A stretch of 62,650 nucleotides of DNA from a virus, in IMG/VR virus record IMGVR_UViG_3300034418_004553; one strand, 5' to 3'. Below, in pieces: positions 55,131-62,650 of this stretch (positions are counted from its first letter, which is position 1; every line of letters begins with the position of its first letter). The notes beneath the pieces are model-generated. The model was not told the origin of the DNA and ran no database searches. It saw only the letters and a program-made list of their open reading frames with translations. Both the position numbers and the translations under genes were made by a program.

Positions 55131-55154
55131 AAAAGGGGACTTGCGTCCCCTTTT
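55131..55154. terminator. Bidirectional terminator between the convergent arms
   Basis: AAAAGGGGAC-TTGC-GTCCCCTTTT, an A-run/T-run flanked 10-bp hairpin. Confidence 0.85.
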
Positions 55155-55173
55155 CTGTATCCGGTAGTTTAGG

Positions 55174-57039
55174 TTATGTAACCTCACACGATCCGCCTGC
55201 GCAAGCTAGCTCACCAGAGAGATCTGTATTATCCTCGGTCTCCATTACATTTGATAAGTCAACAGTATCTAGCGACTTAACCATTTCATTGAATTTAGTT
55301 TTAGTAATGTCCTCAAATGGCGCTTGAGTATATGTACCACCGTTATATGGTAGAACAGATAAACCGTTATAGTACTCCCTGTTCTTCCACATCCACTCAC
55401 CAGCTTCTTCCCACTCATTAGCTTTTAAACTAATGGTAGCAGAAACATTGTGAGTGTTTGAACCGTTCCTGTGTCCAGATGAAACCCAGTCTATTGATAC
55501 TGCCTTTACTCTTTCAAGTAAATCAAAAGCAGATTCAGTTCTTACAATAGAACCTTCAGGTGCCGCTTGCGGTACACTGATCACTGCTGTATCATGAGGT
55601 CTGAAGTATTCATCTTCGATTAACTCAGGATGGTTATTAACTAGGTAAGAATAAATAGCTTCATTCTTACCAACTCGTAGTCTACGCACGTAATGCTTGT
55701 TATGCCAAGCGTGTATACCAGATGATGTACCCAGTACTAGAGATGTGGTACCAGCTGGCTTAACACATGTTGTACGTGCAGCTTTGTTGATACCTATGAG
55801 CTTTGCAACTCTACTGTTTTCGCGCTTAACAATATCAGCGGCTTTCTTCATATCAAGATTCATAACCTTGTTAGAGCCGATACCTGTCATTGACACGCCG
55901 ATCAAAGCGTCTTTCTCAGTTGTATCTTTCCATACTTCACGTAAGTAGTGGAAGTCTGTATAACCAGCTTGCAACGTACCTATGAAGGCAGCAACTTTAA
56001 CTCTAGCGTTTAAATCATCTTGATCAACTATATCTGATACGTTAACCTCACATAAGTTACAGAACTGATAAGGACGAAGAGCAATCTCACAGCATGGGTT
56101 TGTTCCCCAGTCCTTATCATTGTTTAGGTAGATACCTGGTTCACCAGCTCCTGATGCTTCAACTCTTTTCCACAGATCCATAAAGAACTCTTTCTTAACT
56201 TTATGTCTCATTAACACGGCAGAGTTGTTAGCTCTACCACGCTGAGGGTTAAGCTCCCACCAGTTACCTGACTTACAAGAGATCATCTCTTCATCCGTTG
56301 CACTAAATAATGATATGAGTGCTGCACGTCGAATCCCACCAGCCAGAACAGCATCTGCGATGTGACAAATGATATCGTGTACTTCAAGACTTGAAAGTTG
56401 TGTTCCATCTTCTTTATCATCTAGTATACCTTTGATTTTAACTAAACACTCTTTGAGTGGCTGTGGGCCAGGAGCTTTACCTCCTGACGTCACTAGCCTT
56501 GCACCTTTAGGTCTGATGTCTGAGAAGTCAAACTTCACCTTAGAACATCTACGACCACCGAGGTACGACTCAATAAGTACCTTCACACTGTCAGCCCAAC
56601 CTTCAATACTGTCACCGATTACAAATCTTCTCTCTCGTTTTTCAAAAGGCTTGATGACGAAAGGAAGCTTTCTAACGTGGTGATTCTGGACTGAATAGCC
56701 AACACCACATCCCGATAATAGTAAGAACATAGTTTCACTGAAACTATCAATGTGATCAACGGGAAGGTAACTACAGTTGTAAAGACGATTAGGAGAAATC
56801 TCAATAGGCTTTCCACTAAACTGAAGAGATCGCATCGACGGCAGAACCTTTTTGTTGTAAACCATTTCATAAGCTTCTTCTATTTGTTGCTTCAGATCTG
56901 GATATTTCTTAACATGCATCTCTTTGTTACGCGTAACTAACTCTCCCCACGTTTCTCTTCTGTTAAGCTCAGGTATATACTTGGCATACTTCATATGCAC
57001 TGTAATATCTGATAAAATATCTCTACTGATCTGGCTCAT
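55174..57039 (-). CDS. nrdJ: Ribonucleotide reductase, class II (B12-dependent)-like single-chain enzyme
   Basis: 621 aa. Active-site block NPCCEI, C-terminal redox tail CAGGSCEV, N-terminus ...YAKYIPELNRRETWGELVTR. No beta-subunit gene is present. The class assignment is by eye. Confidence 0.7.
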   Translation of the reverse strand: MSQISRDILSDITVHMKYAKYIPELNRRETWGELVTRNKEMHVKKYPDLKQQIEEAYEMVYNKKVLPSMRSLQFSGKPIEISPNRLYNCSYLPVDHIDSFSETMFLLLSGCGVGYSVQNHHVRKLPFVIKPFEKRERRFVIGDSIEGWADSVKVLIESYLGGRRCSKVKFDFSDIRPKGARLVTSGGKAPGPQPLKECLVKIKGILDDKEDGTQLSSLEVHDIICHIADAVLAGGIRRAALISLFSATDEEMISCKSGNWWELNPQRGRANNSAVLMRHKVKKEFFMDLWKRVEASGAGEPGIYLNNDKDWGTNPCCEIALRPYQFCNLCEVNVSDIVDQDDLNARVKVAAFIGTLQAGYTDFHYLREVWKDTTEKDALIGVSMTGIGSNKVMNLDMKKAADIVKRENSRVAKLIGINKAARTTCVKPAGTTSLVLGTSSGIHAWHNKHYVRRLRVGKNEAIYSYLVNNHPELIEDEYFRPHDTAVISVPQAAPEGSIVRTESAFDLLERVKAVSIDWVSSGHRNGSNTHNVSATISLKANEWEEAGEWMWKNREYYNGLSVLPYNGGTYTQAPFEDITKTKFNEMVKSLDTVDLSNVMETEDNTDLSGELACAGGSCEVT

Positions 57040-57175
57040 TTACTTCTTTTAAAACTGTTAAACATAAATCTACAAATGGTAGGTAGAACACGTGGTTATT
57101 CCTATCATCTCCTTCGTAAGACCTAAACCCTACTAATATTCCTGGGTAGAACCCAATTGTTATTTCCCAACTCAT
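57023..57175 (-). CDS. Small hypothetical protein (50 aa, below the track cutoff)
   Basis: Manual translation MSWEITIGFYPGILVGFRSYEGDDRNNHVFYLPFVDLCLTVLKEVNEPDQ. ATGA overlap upstream. Fills the gap. Confidence 0.35.
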   Translation of the reverse strand: MSWEITIGFYPGILVGFRSYEGDDRNNHVFYLPFVDLCLTVLKEVNEPDQ

Positions 57176-57630
57176 TGTTTGCTTTTAATTATTTCAACAA
57201 CCTTATCGCATTCCTTCTGATTCTGGGGTTTATATAAAGTCACAGGCATATCGTGTTTGTTAATGTATTTCTTAAACATCTTCCAACGCATAGGAAAACT
57301 TTCGTTTGCCCTGCCTTTTGTTTCAATTATAAAACCCTCACCGATGAAATCAGGAGTGTACTTGATAGGTAATATTTTCTTTTCTCCGCGATTCACCATA
57401 TCGCCTTTACCGTTACTCTGACGCTCGTAACATTGTATGTCGCACATAAATCCTTCTTGAAGAACAAATGTCTCCGGCTCGTACTCGGCTTTGATCTTAG
57501 CTTTCTTTAGTGCTTGATACATATAACGTTCAAGACCCGAGGCGAAGGTTATACCATCGTATTTAACCTTCTTTGACCTTACTGGACCTCGTTTCTTGCT
57601 TTTAGTTTTATGCGTCGTCTTTCGTCCCAA
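57172..57630 (-). CDS. PD-(D/E)XK-type nuclease (DUF1064/Holliday-junction-resolvase-like)
   Basis: Basic N-terminus, then KYDGITFASGLERYMYQAL ... YTPDFIGEGFIIETKG (D...E-x-K). Confidence 0.45.
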   Translation of the reverse strand: MGRKTTHKTKSKKRGPVRSKKVKYDGITFASGLERYMYQALKKAKIKAEYEPETFVLQEGFMCDIQCYERQSNGKGDMVNRGEKKILPIKYTPDFIGEGFIIETKGRANESFPMRWKMFKKYINKHDMPVTLYKPQNQKECDKVVEIIKSKQ

Positions 57631-57889
57631 CGATATCGTGGATTAGTTCACGAGCTGTTTGTATATACAATATCGCATCCATTAGTTCTTCTTGAATATC
57701 ATTGAGATACCCATCAAGATCTTTATGTCCGCCTTTCATTTCAGCGTGCAGTGTGCGACCGTACTTAACAAAGCCTTCGTCAGATCGCTGCGTAAACTTT
57801 TCACATACGCGTTGTACTACTGGGTCACGAAACTTGAAAGTCTTAATATTATCTACCGACTTTGAATCCATTATTTCTCTGCTGCTCAT
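57608..57889 (-). CDS. All-alpha NTP pyrophosphohydrolase-like protein (MazG/DUF550-type)
   Basis: 93 aa. ...GFVKYGRTL... and LNDIQEELMDAILYI helices. Confidence 0.4.
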   Translation of the reverse strand: MSSREIMDSKSVDNIKTFKFRDPVVQRVCEKFTQRSDEGFVKYGRTLHAEMKGGHKDLDGYLNDIQEELMDAILYIQTARELIHDIVGTKDDA

Positions 57890-58695
57890 AGTGTATCTTT
57901 TACAAATGTTCCGTTAATCATTTTACCTGTACGCTTACTAATAACGTCGTATGCTGAGTCAATGCAGGTTTCAATTGATACACCACCTAGTCTAGCTAGA
58001 TTAGTTAACACAACAACCATATCACCGATAGCATCGATAAACTCAGGCTCATCGTTCTTTAGTATGGCTCTACCAAGCTCACCAGCCTCTTCCATAAGCT
58101 TTAAGTATTGAGTTTTAGTATCGCCTTTATCATATAAGCCTCGCTCATTAGCCCACGCTCTAATTAAATCAAAACGATCAGGTTGTCTACGACCACCTAT
58201 ATGTAGAGAACCTGTCTTTGTTTCAGTGAAACTGTTGTTATCAAAGAATCTAGCGAACGCTTTGTTATATACATAGCATCTATCATTATTATACATAGAT
58301 GTTTTTACGTTATTCATAATCCAGTCTATCGACTTAGCGTCAATACAACAACGTCCGTGCTCTGTTTCCCAGCTCATACCGATCTCGTACATAAGTCTAC
58401 CTTTTAGCTTATTAACCGGACACGGAAACGTAGTTGTTTGTTCTGTTATATTTATCTTCATTAAATTTAATTCTTGTTTTATAGGGTTTAAATCTTTATA
58501 CAGTTTGCGATCTACTTTGTAGCCATATTCTTTCTGCAACTCTATTTCTCTGTGAGAGATATAGCAAATGTCATCCGACATATCTAGTATTTCATATTCA
58601 TCTTCTGTATAACCTTGTTGCCGTGTAACTCGTTCCTTCAGGTTATTAGTTACACCTATCTTTTTACCTGGTATATGGTATATGCAGTACGTCAT
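57886..58695 (-). CDS. Fusion protein: GIY-YIG-like N-terminal module + C-terminal MazG nucleotide pyrophosphohydrolase domain
   Basis: N-terminus YCIYHIPGKKIGVTNNLKERV...REIELQ. C-terminus YLKLMEEAGELGRAI...FIDAIGDMVVVLTNLA (EExxE...D motifs of MazG). Confidence 0.6.
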   Translation of the reverse strand: MTYCIYHIPGKKIGVTNNLKERVTRQQGYTEDEYEILDMSDDICYISHREIELQKEYGYKVDRKLYKDLNPIKQELNLMKINITEQTTTFPCPVNKLKGRLMYEIGMSWETEHGRCCIDAKSIDWIMNNVKTSMYNNDRCYVYNKAFARFFDNNSFTETKTGSLHIGGRRQPDRFDLIRAWANERGLYDKGDTKTQYLKLMEEAGELGRAILKNDEPEFIDAIGDMVVVLTNLARLGGVSIETCIDSAYDVISKRTGKMINGTFVKDTL

Positions 58696-59042
58696 TTTCT
58701 ACGTCTAGCTTTAGATACTCTAATCGTTACATCACCCCACTCTTCTCTAGTGTATAAAGAGTTATTAGAGGAGCTAAATGTATTATTAATATTATCACCG
58801 TCGTTAAACGTTGTAGTTACGTCTCTGTATCTTTTCTTTTCATCGCAAAGATGTAAACACATAACCTTACCGCCATCAATACGGAGTGTGTACTCACCGT
58901 CGTGATCAACCCTGTTTATAACTTCGCTGGTCACGTAGTCAAACACGATTATTTCATCTAGTGTAACCATCGTACATAATGTATCTTGTGCGTACGAAGC
59001 TAAGCTTATTAGCATCATACATGTTGTTAGTATTTGTTTCAT
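58692..59042 (-). CDS. Small secreted protein
   Basis: Signal peptide MKQILTTCMMLISLASYAQ. 116 aa. Confidence 0.5.
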   Translation of the reverse strand: MKQILTTCMMLISLASYAQDTLCTMVTLDEIIVFDYVTSEVINRVDHDGEYTLRIDGGKVMCLHLCDEKKRYRDVTTTFNDGDNINNTFSSSNNSLYTREEWGDVTIRVSKARRRK

Positions 59043-59677
59043 AGTTTATTATTATATAAGTGTAAATTATGAGCATAATGGTAATACTCACCGACATCAA
59101 TACCTAGCTGATAAGCAACAAGCATTTGTAAGCTAGCAAAACAATACTGATCATTGCAGAAACCAAACCACAAATCGTTTGATCGCATAACCACAGCCAT
59201 GTTAAGCTTGTTGTTTAGTATTGTAAACTGCACTGCGTAAGTACACGGAGTATCGTTATCATATGCGTGTATCTCCTTGCCATCGTAGATACTTATAGCT
59301 GCTTGTCTAGTATTTGGATTAGATAATTTATCTATAACTTTCTCTAGCTGATCGTTACGATTCCACTGCCAGCCATAGTTAGAATTAACGTTACCATTTT
59401 CATCAGCCATTCGCGTCCATATAGGTGGTATTTTACCATAGATATCGCCTAGCTTATTTATGCTAGGGTTACCTGACAAGTACCACTGCCATTCAGCTTC
59501 TGCATACTCTCTGTTCCAATTACGCTCTCTGTCTAGTATAAACATATCGCGTGGTTTTTCCAGTGTAAAGCCTACATTAAATAAAGCTTTGGTATCACCG
59601 AACTCTATGCCATTACATCTGATCTCATTTAAGAAATATACAAATGCTTCATCTGCATTTTCAAATCTTGTTTTCAT
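59039..59677 (-). CDS. Thymidylate-synthase-family enzyme, C-terminally truncated (ThyA or dUMP hydroxymethylase-like)
   Basis: 212 aa. Aligns by eye to E. coli ThyA blocks: IWTRMADENGNVNSNYGWQW, catalytic DTPCTYAVQF, RSNDLWFGFCNDQ (Asn at the N177 position), HLYNN then stop, so it lacks the ~55 C-terminal residues. Confidence 0.7.
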   Translation of the reverse strand: MKTRFENADEAFVYFLNEIRCNGIEFGDTKALFNVGFTLEKPRDMFILDRERNWNREYAEAEWQWYLSGNPSINKLGDIYGKIPPIWTRMADENGNVNSNYGWQWNRNDQLEKVIDKLSNPNTRQAAISIYDGKEIHAYDNDTPCTYAVQFTILNNKLNMAVVMRSNDLWFGFCNDQYCFASLQMLVAYQLGIDVGEYYHYAHNLHLYNNKL

Positions 59678-59948
59678 CTTTATTGTATTTATCGTAATAG
59701 TATTTATAGTATTCGTAAACCTTAGTCATAACCTCTTCGCCTCTATAAGACGTTGGATCAACACTAACAGTTGCATTAATCTGAATATCAATTTGCCATT
59801 CGTCTTTAGTATCCCATAAAGGAGTAAAGCCTACGACTATATTGTTATTCATACACCAAGCAACGTGCCTCATGTTTTCATCACTGTAGCCTATTGACAC
59901 CGGTGTTCGACCACCCTTCTTTTTCTTCTTGTTGTTACCTATTCCCAT
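59661..59948 (-). CDS. Hypothetical protein
   Basis: 95-aa ORF. Confidence 0.5.
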   Translation of the reverse strand: MGIGNNKKKKKGGRTPVSIGYSDENMRHVAWCMNNNIVVGFTPLWDTKDEWQIDIQINATVSVDPTSYRGEEVMTKVYEYYKYYYDKYNKDENKI

Positions 59949-61654
59949 GGCATAGCGTCATCTTGTGCAACATCAGCCATCATAGGTATAAAGCTACCAG
60001 ATCTAGGCTCCCACGTGAAATGAGCTTCAGCTCCGTTCTCGCCTAAGTTTTGGAACTTGACTTTGAGGACTTTTGCTTTAACCGTTTTTGCTTCATAGTC
60101 ACGGTGGACCAAGAGTCCATGGTAAGAAGCGTCATACCACTCTCCACCACCTTTGATATTATACATAGTAGGTTCTTCAATTTTTCCATCTTGTCCTTTA
60201 TACATTTTAGTTGGGTGAGCTACAATAAATACTAGTACATCATACTTCTTAGCAAACGTTTCGATCTTCTGTAGGTATTCCATTGTGTAACGGTTTACAT
60301 CATCAGAGTTAGCGTTTGTGTCTCTAACCTTATTAAAAGGGTCGATAACTAAGCATTTAATACCTTTACGTTTTACAAGTTCAGCGCCTTTGCGTAACAC
60401 AGACTCAAGCGTGTAGCGGTCCATATCAATAAAGAAATAGTTGTCATTAACATGATCAGCTACTTGCTTCCATCGATCACCGCCGATATCGCTTGGCGTT
60501 GGCATATCTTGCCAGTGTTTACGCATTAGCTTATGAGCGTGTAGATATGTCGGTTGGTTTTCAGGCGACGCGTACGCAGTCTTCCATCCATAGTTGTTAT
60601 TATAACCAACAACCATTTGATCAACGAAGTCAGACTTACCAGAAGACGGGATACCTGTAACAGTGATGAACTGACCAGTATAAGTACTGAATATCTTATC
60701 AAAGTTAGGAAGTCCGACCTGGAAACCAGGCTTAAAACCATTTTGTACAAAGTCTTTAAGTTCATCTTCTATATCATATAATGTTGATACACCTTCTAGC
60801 GGTACCTGTTTACAACTGCTTATAACATTACGTAAATTATCTTTACCGTGTTTAAGCAGGTACTCATTGGCGTCTTTACAATCATCGAAGTCGACTAAGT
60901 AGCATACCTCAGCGCCTAGTCTACGTATAAACTCTTGCTTAAGAGCTTGACCAGGTTCATCGGTATCAAGAGCTAAGATAATCTCAGTCTTGTCTTCAAA
61001 ATAGTCGATGCAATTATCTAGGTAATCGAGATTGTTTGAGTTTAACGTTGCACCGTTGGGTACTGATATAACGTTTTTAACTCCCGCCTCGTGCATTGCA
61101 AGCACGTCCATCTCGCCTTCTACAATGACACATGATTCGTAACCAACGATAGAGTTGATATTGTAAAATACTTTTTCAGCGCCTTTGTACAGCTTAAAGT
61201 TTTTACGACCGTCTCTATATTTAACGTTGATCAGTTCATCACCTATAAAGTAGTTAAACTGGATGGTATTTTCGGACTTACCTGTCTGCGGCATGAACTC
61301 AAGACCTTCACCGACACAAAGGTCAGCTAAGGTCTGAGTCGATATACCACGCGATGCAAACCACTCTTCAACTTTAGTACCTACTTTAGGTAAGCTAATA
61401 GGTTCAGGCTTTACATAAACCTTTTCGCTATTACCTTTGCGTTGGTAAGTATGTAGCTGAAAGCTTGTATCGCAATTATGACAGGTTCCGAGACCACGTT
61501 CCCAATCATAAGACGCACACTTGGCCTTTTGATTTTCAGGTTTCCTATCGTGGGAACACATAGGACAAACGCCCTGTGTTTTACCCACTTCTAGGTTGTG
61601 CTGATTGAACTTGTCAATCGCGAATCCATTGATCTCTCTGTCTTCTACGTTCAT
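59939..61654 (-). CDS. Bifunctional primase-helicase (T7 gp4-like)
   Basis: Zn finger CPMC...CHNC. TOPRIM VIVEGEMDVLA and ALDTDEPG. Walker A GIPSSGKS, Walker B CLVIDPF. Confidence 0.85.
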   Translation of the reverse strand: MNVEDREINGFAIDKFNQHNLEVGKTQGVCPMCSHDRKPENQKAKCASYDWERGLGTCHNCDTSFQLHTYQRKGNSEKVYVKPEPISLPKVGTKVEEWFASRGISTQTLADLCVGEGLEFMPQTGKSENTIQFNYFIGDELINVKYRDGRKNFKLYKGAEKVFYNINSIVGYESCVIVEGEMDVLAMHEAGVKNVISVPNGATLNSNNLDYLDNCIDYFEDKTEIILALDTDEPGQALKQEFIRRLGAEVCYLVDFDDCKDANEYLLKHGKDNLRNVISSCKQVPLEGVSTLYDIEDELKDFVQNGFKPGFQVGLPNFDKIFSTYTGQFITVTGIPSSGKSDFVDQMVVGYNNNYGWKTAYASPENQPTYLHAHKLMRKHWQDMPTPSDIGGDRWKQVADHVNDNYFFIDMDRYTLESVLRKGAELVKRKGIKCLVIDPFNKVRDTNANSDDVNRYTMEYLQKIETFAKKYDVLVFIVAHPTKMYKGQDGKIEEPTMYNIKGGGEWYDASYHGLLVHRDYEAKTVKAKVLKVKFQNLGENGAEAHFTWEPRSGSFIPMMADVAQDDAMPWE

Positions 61655-61655
61655 G

Positions 61656-61970
61656 TTAGAATGGCAGGTCTACTTTTTCTTCTGGCACTTGCATTGGTGG
61701 CGGACCTGCTTGTACGTCACTTCGCGGTGCGGCTTCAACATTATTACCGTTAGTCCAAACTACTTTGACATTACCTAGATATGTCTTTGCAGTCTTAGCA
61801 TCACGCTCTTCTTTCGTCTGATCTACACAGACTGGACCTTGGTTACCGAACTGATCGAGATCATCGTTCAGTGTAATCGTAATAGGTAAATACTTACCTT
61901 TCTTACCATTGATGATCTTGTCTTTTGGTATCTCACTAAGGTTGATACTCGTTTTTAAAATACTTGCCAT
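61656..61970 (-). CDS. ssb: Single-stranded DNA-binding protein
   Basis: 104 aa. Position next to the primase-helicase. C-terminus PPPMQVPEEKVDLPF mimics the acidic D-(I/L)-P-F tail of SSBs. Confidence 0.5.
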   Translation of the reverse strand: MASILKTSINLSEIPKDKIINGKKGKYLPITITLNDDLDQFGNQGPVCVDQTKEERDAKTAKTYLGNVKVVWTNGNNVEAAPRSDVQAGPPPMQVPEEKVDLPF

Positions 61971-62140
61971 TACTTAATATCAGCTAATTGGTTAAACATA
62001 CGTCTCATTTGCTCTTTAGTAGCACCGGTGCGACGTCTTAAATTATCCACCGGTTTTAAATGCGATTGCTTCGCATAAAAGTTAGACTCTTTTGTCTTAA
62101 TGCCTGTTACGTCACAGGTCTTCATCTTTGCTCTTGGCAT
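61970..62140 (-). CDS. Small basic protein (56 aa, below the track cutoff)
   Basis: Manual translation MPRAKMKTCDVTGIKTKESNFYAKQSHLKPVDNLRRRTGATKEQMRRMFNQLADIK. TAATG junction with ssb. Confidence 0.4.
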   Translation of the reverse strand: MPRAKMKTCDVTGIKTKESNFYAKQSHLKPVDNLRRRTGATKEQMRRMFNQLADIK

Positions 62141-62143
62141 GGT

Positions 62144-62650
62144 TTATAGGGTTTTAGTTATTAAATGTTGCTTGTGATCAAAGTTTTCTGTCTTGTAAAA
62201 CAGGTCATATATCTCACTAGCTTTTTCTACTTTATCTCTACCTGTTCTGTAAAAATCAGGTGAACAGTCGTACAGACCTATTTGATGCGTGTTTTTATCT
62301 ATAACGATAAACAACATATCGTAACCAAATAAGGTTCTGTATATATAAGCTTGACTGTCATAATTAAACTTTTGTGCAGACCACTTGAACTTATCAATAT
62401 CGCCTGTAGTTTTAAGATCGATAACGAGCTTTTCATTATGATTAATTATATCAGCCTTGCCTTTCCAAGTATTACCAAACAAGTTTGTTATACCTGGTTC
62501 TTCATACACGACACTGCCATTATCTGGCTGTATCAGGTCTCTGCATATATCGTTAGCCATCATCTTGTCAACCATTACCTCAATACTGTCTACTTCGTGT
62601 TGTAGTAGACATAACTCACCACCAGATATTTCTTTATACTTTTTAGTGTT
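62144..62650 (-). CDS. PD-(D/E)XK exonuclease, C-terminal part (true start is ATG 355 after circular closure)
   Basis: KGKADII...LVIDLKTT (D...D-x-K) and SQAYIY (QxxxY). The reading frame stays open to the window end and continues in 127..355. Confidence 0.7.
   Translation of the reverse strand, partial: NTKKYKEISGGELCLLQHEVDSIEVMVDKMMANDICRDLIQPDNGSVVYEEPGITNLFGNTWKGKADIINHNEKLVIDLKTTGDIDKFKWSAQKFNYDSQAYIYRTLFGYDMLFIVIDKNTHQIGLYDCSPDFYRTGRDKVEKASEIYDLFYKTENFDHKQHLITKTL
62524..62650. repeat. Terminal direct repeat, exact copy of 1..127
   Basis: See feature 1..127. Confidence 0.95.

Noticed and set aside
62144-62575. Exonuclease gene starting at Met 62575 as listed in the ORF track
   Set aside because: The frame stays open to the window end and continues through the circular junction to ATG 355. 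The upstream 101 aa contain the GGYFHTAILEP helix expected of this nuclease family.
1-62650. Prophage or integrated element, DGR, retron or toxin-antitoxin cassettes
   Set aside because: No integrase, reverse transcriptase, template/variable repeat pair or flanking host genes were seen. The contig closes on itself and is phage sequence end to end.

Overview
The window is one complete, circularly closed dsDNA tailed-phage genome. Bases 1..127 are identical to 62524..62650, giving a unique length of 62,523 bp. It is AT-rich and very gene-dense, with many ATGA/TAATG start-stop overlaps and no Shine-Dalgarno-like leaders. The host is most likely a member of the Bacteroidota: one gene carries a T9SS type-A C-terminal sorting domain, one encodes an outer-membrane beta-barrel ending in Phe, and one intergenic site matches the -33 TTTG / -7 TAnnTTTG promoter type.

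The genome has two arms. They diverge at about 9.07-9.35 kb and converge on a bidirectional terminator at 55131..55154.

(1) The minus-strand early/replication arm runs 9.1 kb -> 1, wraps, then 62650 -> 55174. It encodes about 25 small early ORFs, DNA ligase, a sigma-70-family factor, ERF annealase, a PD-(D/E)XK exonuclease (split by the linearisation point), SSB, T7-gp4-like primase-helicase, a truncated ThyA-like enzyme, two MazG-type NTP pyrophosphohydrolases and a class II-like RNR. I could not recognise a DNA polymerase or an RNA polymerase.

(2) The plus-strand late arm (9354..55130) encodes GroEL/GroES-like chaperonins, TerL, portal, scaffold, major capsid, two giant ORFs (2617 and 3081 aa, about 27 % of the genome), a cell-envelope module (OMP, TM protein, Trx-like protein, Cys-rich T9SS cargo), an M15 endolysin, a PAP2 phosphatase and a family of small Lys-rich proteins sharing an M-[AP]-[FY]-K N-terminus.

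Most interesting non-standard signals:
- Two covarying acceptor-stem/T-arm tRNA-like minihelices (5385..5426, 8452..8495). The first caps a ~270-nt ORF-free, hairpin-dense RNA-like segment.
- A 38-nt motif repeated 7 times immediately upstream of early ORFs, with an embedded TAA that also serves as the stop codon of three upstream genes.
- A canonical four-tract G-quadruplex motif in a GC-rich island at the early/late divergence point.
- The phage-borne OMP + T9SS-cargo module.
- The 3081-aa polyvalent protein, with HExxH, HAD and twin Zn-ribbon motifs.
- A promoter-plus-terminator bounded sRNA candidate (54562..54668).

All functional calls are by-eye motif recognition. No database searches were run.
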